A stretch of DNA of 63,999 nucleotides, filler included, from Planctomycetota bacterium (GCA_026991575.1; 5 parts of 5 records of this genome joined end to end with filler, not necessarily neighbours in it); one strand, 5' to 3'; shown: positions 1 to 11,358, counted from the whole stretch's first letter. A program made the numbers and translations. Notes: generated by a model not told the origin, from the letters alone.

Positions 1-40
1 TCACCCCACCGCCCGAGTCCGCCAAAGAAGCAGTCAACCC

Positions 41-76
41 AAAAGCCACGTGGCACCACAACGCCACGTGGCTTTT
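41..76. terminator. Perfect 14-bp inverted repeat, intrinsic-terminator-like on both strands
   Basis: AAAAGCCACGTGGC (41-54) and GCCACGTGGCTTTT (63-76) are exact reverse complements with an 8-nt loop; A-tract on one side and T-tract on the other. Confidence 0.6.
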
Positions 77-262
77 CTGCTGCGCAAAAACCCCCCACCA
101 CCACTCAGCCAACCACCCACCCACACGCCACCACAACGACCACACCCGCAACCTCGTCGCCCAATCGCCCTGGCAGCAGCCACCTTCGGACACGCCGCAT
201 GCAGCGCACGTGCCAACACATCAGTGCCAAAGGTTCAATGGTGCCCGGTGCACGAAATGCAC

Positions 263-290
263 TTGACAGCCGGTGCCGGCTGTGGACAAT
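263..290 (+). promoter_or_regulatory. Candidate sigma70-type promoter for the C26-family gene
   Basis: TTGACA (263-268), 16-nt spacer, GACAAT (285-290), about 130 nt upstream of ATG 421. Confidence 0.4.
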
Positions 291-420
291 AGGGCGCGTC
301 ATGGACGAGTGTGATGGCCAGGGAGGGTCCTCACCCCCTGGCACCTCCGAGCACACGTCCGTGACTGCTGTCTTGTGCCATTCGCTCCGGCGAGAGTGCT
401 GTGGATTCATGGAGGTGGCG

Positions 421-1167
421 ATGTCGCAACGGCCTTTTATCGGCATCACGGGCGACTTGCGTCAGGGCAACAGCACGGGCGCCTTGTACACGGTGGTGCA
501 CACCGGCTACGTCGACCGCGTGCTGGCGGCCGGTGGCCAGCCGGTTATCCTGCCGCCAATAGTCAAAGAAGAGGAGATCCTGCCGCTGGTCGAGATCCTC
601 GACGGCATCATCCTGGGCGGCTCCAGCGGCGACGTGCACCCGAGGAGGATCGGTCAGTCGATCCGGCCGTCGGTTAAGCCAGCGGTGCCGCGGCTGGAAG
701 ACAGCATGACAACGTTGTGCAAACTTGTCGTTCAGCGTCGCATTCCCGTGCTGGCGATCGGCTACGGCATGCAGCTGCTGAACGTGCTCATGGGCGGTAA
801 CCTCTACCTTCATCTCCCGGAGGACCTTCCCCGGGCTCTCCCGCACTTCGATCGCATGGGCGGGGCGCACCGCCATCTGGTCGAACTCACACCAGCCACC
901 CGACTGGACGAGATCTACTGCTGCAGTGAGATCCTGGTCAACAGCAATCACCACCAGGCGGTGCGACGGATTGCGCCGGGACTGAAAGCCGCGGCAGTTG
1001 CGCCGGACGGTGTTGTTGAGGCAATCGAAAGCCAGGACCCGGACTGGTTCTGCATCGGGGTGCAATGGCATCCTGAGTCGGAGACCGCCTCGGCGCTGGA
1101 TCGGCAGTTGTTTGAGGCGCTGGTATCGGCTTCGCGGAGCAAGGTCACGCTGCGGTTCGCCGCCTAG
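421..1167 (+). CDS. Gamma-glutamyl-gamma-aminobutyrate hydrolase family protein (peptidase C26, PuuD-like class I glutamine amidotransferase); nucleophile Cys replaced by Gly
   Basis: RPFIGITG N-terminus, LDGIILGG, PVLAIGYGMQLLNV, VNSNHHQAV, GVQWHPE; GGAGGT RBS before ATG 421. Confidence 0.85.
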   Translation: MSQRPFIGITGDLRQGNSTGALYTVVHTGYVDRVLAAGGQPVILPPIVKEEEILPLVEILDGIILGGSSGDVHPRRIGQSIRPSVKPAVPRLEDSMTTLCKLVVQRRIPVLAIGYGMQLLNVLMGGNLYLHLPEDLPRALPHFDRMGGAHRHLVELTPATRLDEIYCCSEILVNSNHHQAVRRIAPGLKAAAVAPDGVVEAIESQDPDWFCIGVQWHPESETASALDRQLFEALVSASRSKVTLRFAA

Positions 1168-1646
1168 TCCGTGCGCCGCGGAGACGGGCAGTGCCTGCCT
1201 GGCGTGCACCAGCGCAGGCAAGTGCTGGCTCGGTCGCTCTGGCCTGGCACGACCGTTGCGCTCTAGGCGACGCGAGCATCACGCTCGCCAACAGAGCTGC
1301 TGTGCGGTCAGCTTGGCTTACGCGGTCACGACGCCGCAGGCGGTCGCCGGCCCGGGCTAGCCGGTCCTGGTTGGTCGGCATATAGAATGAGCGAATCACC
1401 GCCGGCGCCGACCTACGCTTCGGCGCAGCCAGAGGCAGCTTCGTTAAGGGACCAACGTCGGTTTCCCTGACGCGCTGGGGAAAGGGCTTACCTGCACAGC
1501 AGCTGAGTCCGCGACGGTGGTGAAGAAGCCGCCTCTGGCTCGCTTTTTCTCCCGCCAGCGTTGCCCATCTTGCGGTAGTCTTGATCCACTGGCCAGCATC
1601 ACGCAACAATGCACCGGTCGCTGCCACACGTGCGCCAGAGGACTGA

Positions 1647-2771
<1,125 letters not shown>

Positions 2772-2840
2772 CAAGCCTCATCCGAACAGGCACCAGGGGT
2801 AAGCCTCTGCCACCCTCGCGCCACCTGCTCCGCGCGCCGC

Positions 2841-4241
2841 TCAACTCCCCAACCGCTTCCTCAGCACCTCGCGCCGCTTCGCTACTTCGAACACTTTCGC
2901 GACGTTGTCACGCAAGAATAGCCGCGCCGCCCGCACGGCATCGTCCAACCCAAGCAGCCCTTCTTCGTAAGCCTGCGTCAGCGCCACCCCCACCACATGC
3001 TTCGTAATCCACAAGTGTCCGTACACGGGATCGACGGACCGGTAATCGCCGCCAAAGGCGAAAAGCTTCGTCATCGGGCACGACGAGACGAACTGCTTGA
3101 TGAACTGGATTGTGCCGGCCGGGTTCACGATCGGTGCCCACGTCAGATCGACGTAAGCATTGGCATACTGCTTCACCATCGCGCACACTTCGTGTTGAAA
3201 CGGATAGCCCATGTGGAACAGGTCGAACTTCACGTTGGGAAACCGACGCAACAGCGTCGTCAGCTGAGCCGGGCGAATCCGGGCAAATTCCAGGGAGTTG
3301 TTCCCTGCCAGGTAGCCGGTGTGGATCTTCACCACCAGCCCGTGCTCACCCGCCACGCGCACAATGTAGTTCCAGCTGTAGTCGCCGAGGGCCTTCAGTT
3401 CGGAGTGCGCCAGTGACCGGCGATCGCGCCGCCAGCGAGCATAGAGCCGTTCGGCCACGTCCCGAGGCACGTCGTCAAAGCTCAGGCTCCGCAGGTAGGC
3501 ACACTGGTTCTTGACCGCGGATGCTTCACCAGCGTAGCGCTCGAAGTACCAGTTGACAGCCCGCTCGTAGCTTGCCAGGTCCCCCAGCTCTTCGCCACTC
3601 TCCTCTTGCGCCGTCTGCACGGCGAGGTAGGGCAGCATGAGACGCAAGCCGCTGATGTCCTGCAGGAACAGGTTCGGGTCGGTCTGGGCACGGTAAATCG
3701 TGTTCGGCTCCAACGCGTTTACCTGACCGACTTCGATCCGACAGATCTCGGCGTAGACGCGCCTCACATAGCCGGGGCGGTTGTTCTTTTGAAGCTCTTC
3801 GCTGATCTGCCCCACCGTGCTGGGGCCGATGTCGGGCACGCCATGGATCCGACGCACGGCAATGCGTGCAGCCCGCACGTAGCCGGTGTTCTTGACCGCG
3901 TCCCAGTACGGTGCCAGCAGGCGCCACTTGTCTTCCGGGGCAAGGTTCGGGTCGTTGAGCATCGCGACGTGGCTCGACGGCAGGCCGGCCGTGATAAAGT
4001 CGCTCAGGGCGTAGTGTCTCAGGTATTCCATGAAATCAACGGGCCGCTTCAGCCGGGTGCTCTCTTCTTCCTGGTGCTCATGTGAGTCCATCACCGTCAG
4101 GTCAGAAAGCACGGACCATATGTCCGGATGAACCCCCCTGGCCTTGGAGTCCTCACCATCGAAAACGCCTGCCCGCTCAAGCAGGGCCCACCCGGCGGCC
4201 GCGGCCGCAGTTGTCAGTTGCAGAAAACGCCTCCGGTCCAT
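2841..4241 (-). CDS. Tat-exported amidohydrolase superfamily protein (uronate isomerase-like)
   Basis: MDRRRFLQ twin-arginine signal at ATG 4241; metal-binding motifs DSHEH, KIHTG, LFHMGYP, FGGDY. Confidence 0.75.
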   Translation of the reverse strand: MDRRRFLQLTTAAAAAGWALLERAGVFDGEDSKARGVHPDIWSVLSDLTVMDSHEHQEEESTRLKRPVDFMEYLRHYALSDFITAGLPSSHVAMLNDPNLAPEDKWRLLAPYWDAVKNTGYVRAARIAVRRIHGVPDIGPSTVGQISEELQKNNRPGYVRRVYAEICRIEVGQVNALEPNTIYRAQTDPNLFLQDISGLRLMLPYLAVQTAQEESGEELGDLASYERAVNWYFERYAGEASAVKNQCAYLRSLSFDDVPRDVAERLYARWRRDRRSLAHSELKALGDYSWNYIVRVAGEHGLVVKIHTGYLAGNNSLEFARIRPAQLTTLLRRFPNVKFDLFHMGYPFQHEVCAMVKQYANAYVDLTWAPIVNPAGTIQFIKQFVSSCPMTKLFAFGGDYRSVDPVYGHLWITKHVVGVALTQAYEEGLLGLDDAVRAARLFLRDNVAKVFEVAKRREVLRKRLGS

Positions 4242-4387
4242 CTCGAACGCCTCGCTGCTGCAGACCCACGTCTCATAGCTTACATCAGTCGTTCCAGTCG
4301 CGCTTGCCGCGGCGGCCGATGCACACGTGGCCGCTTGCGGCACGTGGGCAAAAGGAGTCGGCCGCAGCATGGCGTCGCCGGCCGCGA

Positions 4388-6397
4388 TCAGGGCAATTCG
4401 AACACGTAAATCGAGTACCCGATCCGGGCCACCGGGCGGTAGCCGAGCAAGTAGGAGTACGGGTCACCCCGGCGACCGTCAGGGTGGCGTGCGAAGTCCC
4501 AGATATTGCGCTGCTGATCGCGCAGCCTGAAGGGCAGTCCGCGAAGAAAGTTGACGCTGACGGCGTACAACCCCGGACTGGCCGGTTCAGGAACGCCAAG
4601 GTGGCCGAACACGGCAGCCTTCAACGCGGGCATTTCCAACGGAGTGCGTCCCGGATTCGCGGCCAACCACTGCTGGAGCTCCGTGCCGTGCGCTGCGGAC
4701 CAGCGGATCAGAAACTGCCGCAGCGGACTGTTCCGATCCACGACCAACAGCGTCAGGTCATCGGGCGATCTGGGAGGGGCAAGCACATATCGGAATCCCA
4801 GTCCGAGCTCATCGAGGATCGCCGGGTCCACGTTTCCGAAGTAGGCCAGTCGGACGGTTTGGCCCGGACGGTGTTGCTTGAGCCACTCGGCCAGCTCGTA
4901 AAGGTCTTGCCCCCAGTCGATGTTCGAGTCGATCAGGATCGCATGTCCGTGGGCCGGACCGCCGGCCAGTTCGTTGAAGTAGGCCAGGTGGTGTGGGTGA
5001 ATCCGGGCTACGGCGCCGGCATTCCACAGCAGGCACGCTGCCACGAGCCACCGCACCGGCCTGATGCCTGCCTCGGCTGCTTCTGCCGCGATCGCCAGCA
5101 GGAACGGCAAACCCGGCAGCACGTAGCGGACGCCGAGGTTAATGTCCGTAGCCAGGCTCATGACCAGGATGAAACAGCCGGCGGCAAGTAGCACGACGGT
5201 GCGGGCTGGCGACCACCGACCGCTTAGCCGCCAGGTCACTGCGGCCAGGACGAGCAGAGCAAGCGTCCCAAGGGGCAGCTTGACCGCCAGCGCCACGAAG
5301 TAGTAGTACCACCAGCCCCGGTCTCGAAGCTGGCCGAACAGGTACACGTAGTAACCGTGGCGTTGGCCATCCGGTCCAGGCAGCCCCTCTGCTTCGAGAC
5401 GTTGCTCGTCGAAGCCAAGCACGTAGTGCTCCGGAAGCGGCACGGGCAACCTACCGAGCCAGCTGTCCCGGAAGCGGTTCTCGCGGATCTCGATGATGTA
5501 AGCCCACGGATGATCAGGGGGTACCTGGCCAGGTTCTGGCGGCGTGGCGCGTGGACGGGTCAACAGGGCGGAAAGGAACCGATACTGGTCCAGGCGTTTG
5601 CCCGTGCCTTCGAAGAAATAGCCGGCATTGATCACCACGATGCTGAGCACGACGGCCAGAAGGTACGTCATGGCATGGCGGACCACGGTCGCCGGCAGCC
5701 GTTGGCCGGCGATGTGTGCCCAGGCGATCAGCGGAAGTAGGGGGTAGAGCAGCAGTAGCGTGAACTTGGTCAACTGCGCCAGTCCGAGCACCAGGCCAAG
5801 CACAATGGTAGGCCACCAGTGGGGCCGCTCGCTCCAGAGCAGCGTCACGTAGACGGCGATGACGGCCATCGTCGCAGCCGGCACGTCGGTCGTGACCAGT
5901 GCGCCGTGGGCCAGGAGGTTTGGTGCCGTGCACCAGAGTGCGGCGGCCATTGCGGCGGCTCGCGGCCCGAAGAGTTTGTGAACAAGCAGGGCACAGGCCA
6001 GCAAGCCGGCGCACGAGAAAGCGATCGGCACGAGCCGCCCGACGAAGTACAGCAGGCGGTATCGGGCCGCGTTGCGTTCCATGAACTCCCAGCCGAAGTT
6101 CCACTGGCTCACCGGCAGCCCGCGGGCGACGTTGCGGGCCCAGCTCCGGCTGTAGTCGACCTCCGCTCCGGCGGCCAGCACGGGAAGGGCTGCAAGCAAT
6201 TTCACGAGCGGTGGGTTGTGGTGGTACAGCGCGAACGTACGTTTTTGCCAGTACGTGATCCCGGCCGGTAGGTGGGCCACTTCGTCCACTGTGGGGCTCT
6301 TGCGCCAGGCCACGTGGCACAGGAGCGCCGCGTGCACGACGGCGCACGCAATGGCCAGGACCAGCCAACTTCGTGCCCAACGGTCCGATGGTGGCAT
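4388..6397 (-). CDS. ArnT/PMT-type (GT39/GT83-like) integral membrane glycosyltransferase
   Basis: SPTVDEVAHL after first TM helix, HNPPLVK, LVTTD, KFT, RYVLP, LAYFNEL, DSNIDWGQD; many TM segments; start taken at MPPSDRW. Confidence 0.85.
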   Translation of the reverse strand: MPPSDRWARSWLVLAIACAVVHAALLCHVAWRKSPTVDEVAHLPAGITYWQKRTFALYHHNPPLVKLLAALPVLAAGAEVDYSRSWARNVARGLPVSQWNFGWEFMERNAARYRLLYFVGRLVPIAFSCAGLLACALLVHKLFGPRAAAMAAALWCTAPNLLAHGALVTTDVPAATMAVIAVYVTLLWSERPHWWPTIVLGLVLGLAQLTKFTLLLLYPLLPLIAWAHIAGQRLPATVVRHAMTYLLAVVLSIVVINAGYFFEGTGKRLDQYRFLSALLTRPRATPPEPGQVPPDHPWAYIIEIRENRFRDSWLGRLPVPLPEHYVLGFDEQRLEAEGLPGPDGQRHGYYVYLFGQLRDRGWWYYYFVALAVKLPLGTLALLVLAAVTWRLSGRWSPARTVVLLAAGCFILVMSLATDINLGVRYVLPGLPFLLAIAAEAAEAGIRPVRWLVAACLLWNAGAVARIHPHHLAYFNELAGGPAHGHAILIDSNIDWGQDLYELAEWLKQHRPGQTVRLAYFGNVDPAILDELGLGFRYVLAPPRSPDDLTLLVVDRNSPLRQFLIRWSAAHGTELQQWLAANPGRTPLEMPALKAAVFGHLGVPEPASPGLYAVSVNFLRGLPFRLRDQQRNIWDFARHPDGRRGDPYSYLLGYRPVARIGYSIYVFELP

Positions 6398-6411
6398 AAG
6401 GGCACAGGTGT

Positions 6412-7347
6412 TCAGTAGGTCAGCGTTGGCAGGATCTTCTGGAGCACCACGTGGGTGGCGGCCAGGTCTTCGAGCCCGATGCCGAGCGATTCGAACAGCG
6501 TGATCTGCTTCTCGTCCTGGCGGCCGGGCACTTGGCCGGTGACGATCTTTTCCAGTGGGATCAGGTCTTGCCACTTGAGCTTGCCGCTGCCGATCGGCTC
6601 GGCCAGATCGCCAGCTTCGCTGCGCGCCTGCTCGACGCTGTCCACGGCAATGATGTCGGCCCGGAGCACAAGCCGTTCGTCGATTTCGCACCGCTGCAGT
6701 GAATTCGAGCCGGCGGCGCAGACGTGGGTGCCGGGCCGAATCCAGTCGCCCTGTACTACGGGCCGGCTGGCATTGGTGATCGTCACGACGATGTCGGCGT
6801 CAGCCACGGCCGCCTGGGCAGTCGGTGCCGGTTGGACCGGAAGCTGGAATTCGTTGGCCATGTAGTGCGCGAAGCGCTCACGCCGCTCGGGCGTACGGCA
6901 GTAGACGTAGATTGCATCGAGTTGACGGACGCACGCAATCGCCCGTATCTGAGTCTCGGCTTGCCGGCCGCAGCCGATGACCGCCAGGACCCGGGCGTCC
7001 GGTCGGGCCATGTGGCGGACCGACACGGCGGACGCAGCGCCAGTGCGGAAGCGGCCGAGCCAGTCGGCCTCCAGCCGGGCCAGTGGTAGGCCGTCGCTGC
7101 CCCGGTACGCCTGAACCTGGAACCATGCTCCGGTGGCGCTGGTGCTGTAGGCCTTGTACACGAGCAGGTTCATCGCACGGGAGGCTGCCCCCATGAGATG
7201 GAGCATCGCGGAGGTGGTCCGCACCCGGCGGCGAGGCAAGTTGCTGGCCTGGCCCTCGGCCAGGTCCCGAAAGGCCGTCTCCACGGCCGCGATGATCGGC
7301 TCCATCTCCAACAGCCGAAGTACCTGGGTTTCGCTCAGCTCGAGCAC
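6412..7347 (-). CDS. Ornithine cyclodeaminase / mu-crystallin family protein
   Basis: RTGAASA, GCGRQA NAD-binding motif, [33 protein letters not shown] before GTG 7347. Confidence 0.9.
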   Translation of the reverse strand: MLELSETQVLRLLEMEPIIAAVETAFRDLAEGQASNLPRRRVRTTSAMLHLMGAASRAMNLLVYKAYSTSATGAWFQVQAYRGSDGLPLARLEADWLGRFRTGAASAVSVRHMARPDARVLAVIGCGRQAETQIRAIACVRQLDAIYVYCRTPERRERFAHYMANEFQLPVQPAPTAQAAVADADIVVTITNASRPVVQGDWIRPGTHVCAAGSNSLQRCEIDERLVLRADIIAVDSVEQARSEAGDLAEPIGSGKLKWQDLIPLEKIVTGQVPGRQDEKQITLFESLGIGLEDLAATHVVLQKILPTLTY

Positions 7348-7555
7348 GGCGCAATCTCCTGGAGGCCCGGCTGTTGTCGGCTGTGCGCAGGTACGGTTCG
7401 AGCTGCTGGCGCAGGCAGCTGTGACGGTGGGGCACTGCGGGCGGTGCAGCTGCCTCGTACGCCAACGGCAAGCAGCCCGTTCCCGGCAACTTAGAATGAT
7501 ATGGTTTGGCTGTGGTTGGTCTCGTTGTGTCCCAGCATCACCTTGGACCGGAACC

Positions 7556-8350
7556 GTGCTGGCGAAGCGGATCATTCCATGTCTAGACGTGGATCGTGGC
7601 CGCGTGGTAAAGGGGGTTCATTTTGTGAATCTGCGTGACGCGGGTGATCCCGTTGAAGTAGCTGCTCGGTATGAGCGGGACGGGGCGGATGAGCTGGTTT
7701 TCCTGGATATCACGGCGACGCACGAGAGCCGGGGCATCATGATCGATGTCGTGCGGCGGACCGCCGAGGTGGTGTTCATGCCGCTGTGTGTCGGCGGTGG
7801 CATTCGCACGCTGGACGACATCCGTGAACTGCTGAATGCCGGTGCGGACAAGGTTTCGATCAACTCGGCTGCTGTACGTGATCCGGAGTTTGTCCGGGCG
7901 GCGGCACGTCGCTTTGGTAGCCAGTGCATTGTGGTCAACATCGATCCGAAGCGGGTCCGGCGGGACGGTCGCGAGTTCTGGGAGGTGCACATTGCGGGCG
8001 GCCGCGTGCCGACCGGGCTGGAGGCGGTTCAGTGGGCCCGGACCGTGGAACGGCTGGGTGCTGGTGAGATTGTGCTAACGAGCATGGACCGGGATGGAAC
8101 GCAGGCCGGTTATGATATACCGATGACGCGCGCCGTCGCTGAGGCGGTGAGCATTCCCGTAGTGGCTAGCGGCGGAGCCGGTGCCCCGGAGCACCTGTAC
8201 GAGGCGCTCACGGACGGCAAAGCGGACGCAGTTCTCGCGGCCAGCATCTTCCACTACGGGAAACATCCGATACCCGAGGTGAAGGCATACCTGGCGAAGC
8301 GAGGCGTACCGGTGCGGCTGAGCCCCTGTGGCGACGCCGCGTGCCAGTGA
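7556..8350 (+). CDS. hisF: Imidazole glycerol phosphate synthase cyclase subunit
   Basis: [53 protein letters not shown]. Confidence 0.97.
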   Translation: MLAKRIIPCLDVDRGRVVKGVHFVNLRDAGDPVEVAARYERDGADELVFLDITATHESRGIMIDVVRRTAEVVFMPLCVGGGIRTLDDIRELLNAGADKVSINSAAVRDPEFVRAAARRFGSQCIVVNIDPKRVRRDGREFWEVHIAGGRVPTGLEAVQWARTVERLGAGEIVLTSMDRDGTQAGYDIPMTRAVAEAVSIPVVASGGAGAPEHLYEALTDGKADAVLAASIFHYGKHPIPEVKAYLAKRGVPVRLSPCGDAACQ

Positions 8351-8362
8351 GAGGACTGCTCT

Positions 8363-9565
8363 ATGGCAACTACCCAACCCGAACAACGCAGTCATACAAC
8401 TCTGCAAGATAACCGGGCTGCACGCGCCCGCCAGCCAAAGGAACACGAGGTCGATCGGTTGTTCCGGCTGGTGATCAAGCACAAAGGCTCGGACTTGCAC
8501 CTGAAAGTCGGCTTGCCCCCCATGATCCGCATCGCCGGAACCTTGCGGGCGGTCGACCTGCCCCCGATCACCGACGAGGACATGTACCGGTGGATTCTGG
8601 ACGAGCAGACGGGGATCCTGACCAGCCCGCGACACCGGAGGATTCTGGAGGAAGACGGCGGCGTCGATTTTGCGCACATCGTCATGCACGAGGGGGAGGA
8701 GAACCGATTTCGTGTGAATCTCTTCTACCAGCGCAGCCGGCTGTCGCTTGTGGCCCGCCGCGTCAACACGCGGATCCCGAATTTCAAGGAACTCAACCTG
8801 CCCGACTCGATCGAGAAACTCTGCCATTACTATCAGGGCCTGATCATCTTGGCCGGCGTCACCGGTAGCGGCAAGAGCACGACGATCGCGTCGATGCTCG
8901 AGTACATCAACCAGCGCGAGCGGGTGCACATTCTGACGATTGAGGACCCGATCGAATACCTGTTCAAGGACAAGAAGGCAGTGATCAACCAGCGTGAGGT
9001 TGGCATGGACGTCCGGGACTGGCATGTTGCCCTGAAGCATGCTGTCCGTGAGGATCCGGACATCATCCTGGTCGGTGAGATGCGCGACCGGGAGACGTTC
9101 GAAGCGGCGCTGCAGGCAGCCGAGACCGGGCACCTGGTCTTCGGCACGATCCACGCCTCTTCGGCAGCAAGCACCATTCAGCGTATCCTGGACCTGTTCC
9201 CACCCGAGCAGCACGCCGGTATCCGCCAGAACCTCGCCTTCAACCTGCGAGCCGTTATCTGCCAGATGCTGTTACCCACGACGGAAGAATGGCAGAAGAA
9301 GGGCGTGACGCGGGTACCGGTGTGCGAGATCATGATCCAGAACCCGACCATCCGCAAGCTGATCTCCGAAGGTGAAGATGACAAGCTCGAGGATGCGATC
9401 CGGATGTTTTTCCACGAGGGGATGCTCGACTTTACGGAGAGCCTGCGGCAGTTGATCGAGAAGGAGCTGATTGATCGTGCGACCGCCTTTGAGGCGGCGC
9501 CGAACAAAGAGGCGCTGAAGATGGCGCTGAAGGGCATCCGCGTCATGACGCCGGGCATCCTGTAA
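8363..9565 (+). CDS. pilT: Type IV pilus retraction ATPase, PilT/PilU family
   Basis: SDLHL, Walker A GVTGSGKST, TIEDPIEY, NQREVG, REDPDIILVGEMRD, His box ETGHLVFGTIH. Confidence 0.9.
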   Translation: MATTQPEQRSHTTLQDNRAARARQPKEHEVDRLFRLVIKHKGSDLHLKVGLPPMIRIAGTLRAVDLPPITDEDMYRWILDEQTGILTSPRHRRILEEDGGVDFAHIVMHEGEENRFRVNLFYQRSRLSLVARRVNTRIPNFKELNLPDSIEKLCHYYQGLIILAGVTGSGKSTTIASMLEYINQRERVHILTIEDPIEYLFKDKKAVINQREVGMDVRDWHVALKHAVREDPDIILVGEMRDRETFEAALQAAETGHLVFGTIHASSAASTIQRILDLFPPEQHAGIRQNLAFNLRAVICQMLLPTTEEWQKKGVTRVPVCEIMIQNPTIRKLISEGEDDKLEDAIRMFFHEGMLDFTESLRQLIEKELIDRATAFEAAPNKEALKMALKGIRVMTPGIL

Positions 9566-9597
9566 CACGTGACGACAGACCTGGAGTAGGCCGACGG

Positions 9598-11358
9598 ATG
9601 AACCAGTTCGACGTCTGGTTCCTGGTGCTGGCTCAGGCCAACCAGCCCGCTCCCCTGCACCTGAACCTGATTAAGCTGATTCCGGTGATCCTGATCTACA
9701 TCCTCTGGGTCTTTACGGTTGCCTGGGCGGATCAGGAAAACAGAGAACATCGGCTGCTCTATCTGCAGCGTCGGTTCTGGAACAGCGTGCTGTTCTGGTC
9801 CGGGATCGCCGGTTTGTCCTTGATGTTCCTGATTCCAGAACCGACCGGCCTGGACCCGCTTGTCCGCTGGGTGATCTGGGGGGCAAAGCTGCTGCTGCTA
9901 ATCACCGCCTACCTGATCCCTACCTGGCTGTACATCGTAACTCGCAACCGCAATGTGCCCATCGACGATGCGATCACGCTGGCGACCATCTACGCAGACA
10001 CGATGGCACTGTTGGGGATCAGGGTCCGGGTGCGGCGTAAGAAGAGGTCCATGGGGCCGCCGATCCGTTTTGTGTCCGCCAGCGGTCAGCAGGCCCGGAT
10101 GCAGGAGCCTCAGACCGATGATCCCGAGGAGGCCACGGCACTGGCGGAAGCGTGGATTGCGACCAAGGAGCTGGTTTACGACGCGATTCGGCGGCGCGCG
10201 ACGGACGTGCTCATGGAACCGCGCGGGCAGGCTTGGGCCGTCGTTTACAAGATCGACGGTGTGCTGTTGCCAACCGAGCCGATCGAACCGGACATCGGCC
10301 TTGGCATCCTGACAAACCTCAAGAGCTTCGGCGGTCTGGACCCGAATGAGCGGCGCAAGCCTCAGACCGGCGAGTTCAAGGCGGTGGTCAAATCGGAGGA
10401 GATTCCGATTCGCATCCGTACGCTCGGCACCCGCGCGGGTGAGCGGATGCATCTGCAGATCTTCCAGGAGCAGGTGCATCCGGAGAACCTGGAAGATCTC
10501 GGCATGCGCGAATCGGCCGTTGAGCAACTGCGTCAGGTGCTTGCCCAGCCGGCAGGCATCGTGCTCGTGGCCGGACCGAAGGAGAGTGGCAAGACGACCA
10601 CGGTGCATGCCATGATTCGCGCGGTGGATCGGTTCGTGCGGAACGTGGCCACGCTGGAGGATGACTTCACCTACAAGCTCGATACGGTGACGCGGAACAA
10701 GGTCGACCCGGCGGCGGGCGAGACGCCGTTCACGAAGCTACGCAGCGTTGTCCGAACCGAGCCGGATGTGGTGATGATCGACGAACTGCGCGACGTGGAG
10801 GCCGCGCAGCTTGTGGTGAAGGCCGCCTCGGACCGGCTCTTTGTCATAACGCTGCAAGCAATGGACGTGCCGTCAGCCATAGAGCGGTTCCGTGAGCTAG
10901 TCGGGAACTCGCAGGCGATTGCAGCTCATCTGTTGGCTGTCGTCGCGACCCGCTTGGTCCGGCGGCTGTGCGATGAGTGCAAGGAGGCGTATCAACCAAA
11001 TCCCCAGGCTCTCCAGCGGCTCAACCTGGCTTCCGCGGGCATCAAGGTCTTCTACCGGCCGCCCCCGCCTCCTGAGAAGGAGGAAGAGATCTGCCCGAAA
11101 TGCTCGGGGCTGGGTTACCATGGCCGGATCGGGATCTTTGAGGTGCTCATCGTCAACGATCCGATCCGCCAGGCCATCGCCTCGGGCGCCAACCCGCGGC
11201 AGATCCGCGCCATGGCGCGCACGGCCGGCATGGTGTCACTATTCGAAGATGGCCTTCGCCAGGTGGTTCGCGGTGTGACGTCCCTGCAGGAGATCACACG
11301 CGTCCTGAACCCGACTGGCGCCGCACCTCAGCGGCGTGCCCCCACTCGACAGGCATGA
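9598..11358 (+). CDS. GspE/PilB-family secretion ATPase homologue with N-terminal TM helices and degenerate catalytic boxes
   Basis: About three hydrophobic N-terminal segments; GPKESGKTTT; PDVVMIDELRD; RLVRRLCDEC...CPKCSGLGYHGRIGIFEVL; C-terminal GVTSLQEI. Confidence 0.8.
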   Translation: MNQFDVWFLVLAQANQPAPLHLNLIKLIPVILIYILWVFTVAWADQENREHRLLYLQRRFWNSVLFWSGIAGLSLMFLIPEPTGLDPLVRWVIWGAKLLLLITAYLIPTWLYIVTRNRNVPIDDAITLATIYADTMALLGIRVRVRRKKRSMGPPIRFVSASGQQARMQEPQTDDPEEATALAEAWIATKELVYDAIRRRATDVLMEPRGQAWAVVYKIDGVLLPTEPIEPDIGLGILTNLKSFGGLDPNERRKPQTGEFKAVVKSEEIPIRIRTLGTRAGERMHLQIFQEQVHPENLEDLGMRESAVEQLRQVLAQPAGIVLVAGPKESGKTTTVHAMIRAVDRFVRNVATLEDDFTYKLDTVTRNKVDPAAGETPFTKLRSVVRTEPDVVMIDELRDVEAAQLVVKAASDRLFVITLQAMDVPSAIERFRELVGNSQAIAAHLLAVVATRLVRRLCDECKEAYQPNPQALQRLNLASAGIKVFYRPPPPPEKEEEICPKCSGLGYHGRIGIFEVLIVNDPIRQAIASGANPRQIRAMARTAGMVSLFEDGLRQVVRGVTSLQEITRVLNPTGAAPQRRAPTRQA

